64,000 nucleotides of DNA. Source: Candidatus Hadarchaeota archaeon. Lineage in GTDB: Archaea; Hadarchaeota; Hadarchaeia; Hadarchaeales; JAGGTB01. The translations under genes and the position numbers were made by a program. The DNA lies in assembly GCA_964384105.1 (NCBI GenBank), contig CAYLJV010000003.1, forward strand, positions 128,001 to 192,000, read 5' to 3'. The notes under the pieces are model-generated. The model made no database searches. It saw only the letters and a program-made list of their open reading frames with translations, and was not told where the DNA came from. Below are positions 60,025 to 64,000 of the stretch, in pieces; position 1 is the stretch's first letter, and each line of letters begins with the position of its first letter.

Positions 60025-61023
60025 CTATAGCTCCCTTTCAATAGAAAAGTCAGCAAGTTCGATGAGAAATTCTTTAGCTTCTGAATCCGGCAGTATTTCA
60101 AGTTCTTTCTTAGCCCTTTCTACTAATTTTCTAGCTTTTTCTTTAGCGAAGTCTATAGTCCCGGTTTTTTCAAATATCTGCATAGCCTTTTGTATTTCTT
60201 TATCTTTTGTTTCTTCTCTTTTCAGTATTTTGAGTAGAATTTTTTTGTCCGTTTCGGAGGCTTTCTCATAAGAATGAACGATCAAAAAGGTCCATTTTCC
60301 TTCTTGGATATCGCTTCCGATTGGCTTTCCAACTTTTTTTTGTTCCCCACATATCCCAAGAATGTCGTCATGTATTTGAAAAGCGATACCTAGTAGCTTA
60401 CCATACTCTGCGAGAGCTTTAATTTCTTCCTCACTCCCTCCACCAAGAATCGCGCCTATTTTTGTTGAAGCTTCTATTAGTGCTCCTGTTTTTTTCTCTA
60501 CCATTTCTAGATACTCTGGTTCTCTAACTTTCTTTCTCTTTTCGAAATCAATATCTAAGGCTTGTCCCTGACAAATTTCGAAACTAGCTTTGCTCACCGT
60601 GTCAAACAATTGAATTATTTTTTCGGGTTCTAGTTTTTGCTTTTTTGCATTTTTTGTTAGGCTTTCAAAAACCTTCGCAAAAAGGGCGTCTCCTGCTATA
60701 ATTGCCATTGCTTCACCCCAATTCGTATGAACTGTTTTTGTCCCCCTTCGAAAATCGTCTTTGTCCATTATGTCGTCGTGGATAAGAGTGAATGTATGTA
60801 GAACTTCAACTGCCGCTGCTGATTCTATTGCGTTTAGAGGATTTCCACCGACTGCCTCAGCCGAAGTGATCGTAAGAACCGGTCTAAGTCTTTTTCCACC
60901 AGCATCTATGAGATGTCTATTAGCTTCTCCTAGTCCTCGAGGTTTTGTGTCTTTTGGAATCAGTTTGTCAATTTCTTTATTGACTATTTTTGCTTTTTTT
61001 TGTAAATAATCTAAAATGTCCAT
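60025..61023 (-). CDS. idsA: Geranylgeranyl diphosphate synthase
   Basis: GGKRLRP, HDDIMD...RRG, GQALD, KTG, FQI.DD. Confidence 0.95.
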   Translation of the reverse strand: MDILDYLQKKAKIVNKEIDKLIPKDTKPRGLGEANRHLIDAGGKRLRPVLTITSAEAVGGNPLNAIESAAAVEVLHTFTLIHDDIMDKDDFRRGTKTVHTNWGEAMAIIAGDALFAKVFESLTKNAKKQKLEPEKIIQLFDTVSKASFEICQGQALDIDFEKRKKVREPEYLEMVEKKTGALIEASTKIGAILGGGSEEEIKALAEYGKLLGIAFQIHDDILGICGEQKKVGKPIGSDIQEGKWTFLIVHSYEKASETDKKILLKILKREETKDKEIQKAMQIFEKTGTIDFAKEKARKLVERAKKELEILPDSEAKEFLIELADFSIEREL

Positions 61024-62349
61024 TTAAGCACCTAAGCGCAGTGTTTCTCCATTTCTCATCATATGTAATTGATTTTTTGAGTATCCTTCTTTTTGTCCGA
61101 TATCTATTACTGACTTCATTTTCTCTTTTGTACCGTGGAATGGGACAATATGATCGGGGCCTATCTTTTCTATTAGCTCTTTAGTCCCTGGTTTCCCTGC
61201 GTGCCCTGACACGTGAATATCTCGGTGAATATTCGCACCTTGGGCTTTGAGCTTTGCTTCTAAAAGTTTTCTGTTATACTTATTTGCAGGATTTGGTATT
61301 ATAGAAGCGGAGAATATTATCTCATCTTTTGGTTTCACTTTGTATGGCTCTTTTCCATCGGCTATTCTTGAAAGGATAGAGTTTTGTTCTCCTTGATGGC
61401 CGGTAGTAATAACCACATATCCATCTCGACGCTTGTTTATTACTTTCAGAGCTTTTCTAATAGATTGGATGTGCCCGAGAATTTTTAGTTTAGAAGGAAA
61501 GTTGGTAAGTCCGAGTTCGTAAGCTATTTTACACTTATCTCTAAGAGATTTTCCCAATATTATCGGTTTTCGATCTACTTTGTATGAGATTTCTACTATC
61601 GTTTTTATTCTTGCTATGTGTGAGGAAAATGCGGTAACGAATAGACCTTTGCCCCTCTCGGATGCTTTTTTCATGACTTCTTTAAGCATTTCTTTTGCAT
61701 GAGATTCCGGAGGCGTAGGATTTGGTTCATCTGCCTTGACGGAGCAAATTAATGATATTACAGGTCCTTCGTCTTTCAAGTGCTCTAAGGACTTATAATC
61801 TGTGGATAAGCCGACCATTTTAGAATTCTCAATTTTGAATCCGCCTACGCATAGGACGACTCCTTCTTTACTGTGGATTGCAGGAAAAGAGTTTTGAGGT
61901 ATACTATGAGCGCCGGGTATAAATTCAACTTGAAGGTTTTCTATCTCCACAGTCTTTCCGGGATCGATTTCCTTAATTTCATTTTTTATGTTGAATACTT
62001 TTTCTTCTCTGATTACTTTTTTAACTAGTTCTGAGGTGAAAGGAGTCGAGTAGATTGGTGCTTCGTAGTTACTAGCAAGTTTTCCAATCGCACCTATATG
62101 ATCTAAGTGACCATGAGTTAGAATTATCCCAGAGATGTTCTTTGACTGTATTTTTGAATCATCTGGTATTCCACCTAGATTTATCAGTTCGTTTCTATCT
62201 AGAGAGCTAATACTTTCGTTTCCAGAGTTAACGACGCTGTCCATTTTTACCCCCATATCTACTATCAGATTAGTATCTCCTAAGGACAGGACCGTCATAT
62301 TTTTTCCAATTTCGTCAGTACCACCAATCGGAGTGATTTCCACAGTCAA
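61024..62349 (-). CDS. rnj: Archaeal RNase J family beta-CASP protein (divergent)
   Basis: GG..EIGKNMT, THGHLDHIG, HSIP, FSSHIAR, TGHQGE, HVSGHA, P.HG; between fni and idsA. Confidence 0.9.
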   Translation of the reverse strand: MTVEITPIGGTDEIGKNMTVLSLGDTNLIVDMGVKMDSVVNSGNESISSLDRNELINLGGIPDDSKIQSKNISGIILTHGHLDHIGAIGKLASNYEAPIYSTPFTSELVKKVIREEKVFNIKNEIKEIDPGKTVEIENLQVEFIPGAHSIPQNSFPAIHSKEGVVLCVGGFKIENSKMVGLSTDYKSLEHLKDEGPVISLICSVKADEPNPTPPESHAKEMLKEVMKKASERGKGLFVTAFSSHIARIKTIVEISYKVDRKPIILGKSLRDKCKIAYELGLTNFPSKLKILGHIQSIRKALKVINKRRDGYVVITTGHQGEQNSILSRIADGKEPYKVKPKDEIIFSASIIPNPANKYNRKLLEAKLKAQGANIHRDIHVSGHAGKPGTKELIEKIGPDHIVPFHGTKEKMKSVIDIGQKEGYSKNQLHMMRNGETLRLGA

Positions 62350-62353
62350 GTTT

Positions 62354-63436
62354 TCACCTCAAGTAAATTTTTGAATCGATTTCTCTGGAATTAAAATATT
62401 CTTTTGTTTTTCCAGTTATTATTAGAGAGGATTTTTGAAGTTCCTCTAAGTTTTTACATCCCGCCAAGAACATTGATACTCTAAGTTCTTCAATAAATTT
62501 TTCCAGCCATCTTATTACCTGATCCGTTCCTTCGTTCGCTGCTCGGAGTAACGGAAGCCCGATGCCTACTATATCCGCCCCGAGTGCAATGGCTTTCACA
62601 GCATCAATGCCAGTTCTTATGCCACCACTTGAGATCACAGACACGTTCACAGATCTAGCTGTTTCTGCGGTAGAGATTGAAGTCGGGATTCCCCAATCCC
62701 ACAGAGCATTCCCTAAACATTTTTTCGATTTTTTTCTCATGGATTCTACTCCTGCCCAACTAGTTCCCCCTACTCCACTCACATCAATTGCTTTTACTCC
62801 AGCTTTCACTAGCTTGCTTGCGATAGAACCGGTAATTCCCCCTCCTGTTTCTTTTGCGTATACGGGTGTTTTCAGTTTTGAGGCGATTTTTGAGATTTTA
62901 CTTATGATTTCCTTGAAATTGATGTCGCCATCAATTTGAATTGCTTCCTGTAGTGGATTAAAATGAAAGCCAAGGGCGTCTGCGTCGATCATTTCTATTG
63001 CTTTCTCAGCTTCTTCAATTCCATATCCTTGATTTAATTGAGTTGCACCGAGATTTCCTAAGAGTAAAATGTCTGGGGCAAGTTCTCTAACCTGGTAAGT
63101 TTCTTCTAGTTTGGAGTCTTCAATACCTGCTCTTTGGCTGCCCACTCCAAATCCTATATTTAGCTCCTGTGCGGCTTTTGCAAGGGCGAGATTGATCTTT
63201 TTGCCTCTTTTATGGCCCCCGGTCATTGGGCAGATTATAATTGGGGCGTTCAGTTCTTTTCCAAATAATGAGGATTTAATGGATACTTCTTCAAGATTTA
63301 TCTCAGGTGCAGCTTGGTGGACCAAATCTATATCTTCAAATCCGGTCGTTTTATTACGAGATTCAATGTTTTCATTTAGACAAATTTCTATGTGATCTAG
63401 TTTCCTTTCAGAAGTTTCGTTACTCAGCTGCATCAC
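62354..63436 (-). CDS. fni: Type 2 isopentenyl-diphosphate isomerase
   Basis: RKLDHI, MTGG, VGSQR, H.NPLQE, KETG.G, GGTSW, WGIPT, SGGIR.G. Confidence 0.96.
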   Translation of the reverse strand: MMQLSNETSERKLDHIEICLNENIESRNKTTGFEDIDLVHQAAPEINLEEVSIKSSLFGKELNAPIIICPMTGGHKRGKKINLALAKAAQELNIGFGVGSQRAGIEDSKLEETYQVRELAPDILLLGNLGATQLNQGYGIEEAEKAIEMIDADALGFHFNPLQEAIQIDGDINFKEIISKISKIASKLKTPVYAKETGGGITGSIASKLVKAGVKAIDVSGVGGTSWAGVESMRKKSKKCLGNALWDWGIPTSISTAETARSVNVSVISSGGIRTGIDAVKAIALGADIVGIGLPLLRAANEGTDQVIRWLEKFIEELRVSMFLAGCKNLEELQKSSLIITGKTKEYFNSREIDSKIYLR

Positions 63437-64000
63437 CTTTAGTAATTATTGTTCCAGCTTCTATATCGCTTCTTATTGCTTTTTTAAGAATTCCTGGTTT
63501 TTTTGCATTAATTATTTGAGATTTTATACCATCTTTTGCTAAGTTTATAAGAACTTCAACTTTGTTTTTCATTCCGCCTGTTACATCACCTGTTGATGCG
63601 AAATTTACTGAGGCAGAGATTTCTTTCCATTTTTCGGGGGTTATTTCCGATATTATTTCTGCTTCTTTGTTTTTCTTAGGGTCCATAGTGAAGACACCGT
63701 CTATATCTGTTCCAAATATAACGCGTTTAACATTAAGTTTTCGAGCAATAAAAGCTACCAACTGGTCTCCTGATAGTATAGTCATTCCTTTTTTTAAATC
63801 GGGTATACAATCCCCATACAGTATCGGCATAATACCCAATTCTAGAAGTTTTTCTATGTTTTTGGTTTCCAAGTGGGTAATTTCGCCATTTTTTACTATG
63901 GTACAGGCAGATGTTTGTACTGGAAAGACGGGTACGCCGACCTTTAAAAGGGAATTTACTAATTTTGAGTTAAGTTCCTCCATAGCTTGGTGGGTTTTTG
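63420..64000 (-). CDS. ipk: Isopentenyl phosphate kinase (5' part beyond window)
   Basis: P.LYGD, ILSGDQ, DVTGGM..K; upstream of fni. Confidence 0.9.
   Translation of the reverse strand, partial: KTHQAMEELNSKLVNSLLKVGVPVFPVQTSACTIVKNGEITHLETKNIEKLLELGIMPILYGDCIPDLKKGMTILSGDQLVAFIARKLNVKRVIFGTDIDGVFTMDPKKNKEAEIISEITPEKWKEISASVNFASTGDVTGGMKNKVEVLINLAKDGIKSQIINAKKPGILKKAIRSDIEAGTIITKGDAAE

Noticed and set aside
53309-60271. Long plus-strand ORFs (e.g. 53309-54010, 58454-58975, 59558-60271) and similar antisense ORFs elsewhere
   Set aside because: Ser/Phe-rich antisense shadows of well-supported E/K-rich genes; no motifs.

Overview
AT-rich archaeal chromosomal window. Gene content (SepRS, Taw1, type A RNase P RNA, Pcc1 plus Pcc2, acidic ribosomal-protein extensions) suggests a euryarchaeal lineage such as Hadarchaeota/MSBL1; this taxonomy is inference only. 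Positions 1-2137 look like the distal end of an integrated element: a frameshifted HNH nuclease and a RelBE-type TA pair, bounded by a 48-bp copy of the 3' half of a tRNA-Leu (att site). About 2.1-19 kb is an accessory, partly decaying region. It holds pyk, an M50-CBS protease, a second TA pair, a PurF lacking the catalytic Cys1, a TPP enzyme and a Ca/Na antiporter. It also holds unannotated micro-ORFs (two CxxC-CxxC zinc fingers, a secreted peptide, two SD-led peptides behind a duplicated operator) and remnants of mgtE, a histidine kinase and arsC. About 19-64 kb is core machinery: RNase P RNA, ribosomal/RNAP genes, SepRS, the exosome-proteasome superoperon, KEOPS, initiation factors, a membrane PPase and isoprenoid genes. 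This part shows a local inversion, missing rpp30/ndk, an S24e fusion and an RNase J lacking a metal-bridging Asp. No CRISPR array, rRNA, intact tRNA or transposase was seen, and no complete novel multi-gene system could be demonstrated from sequence alone.
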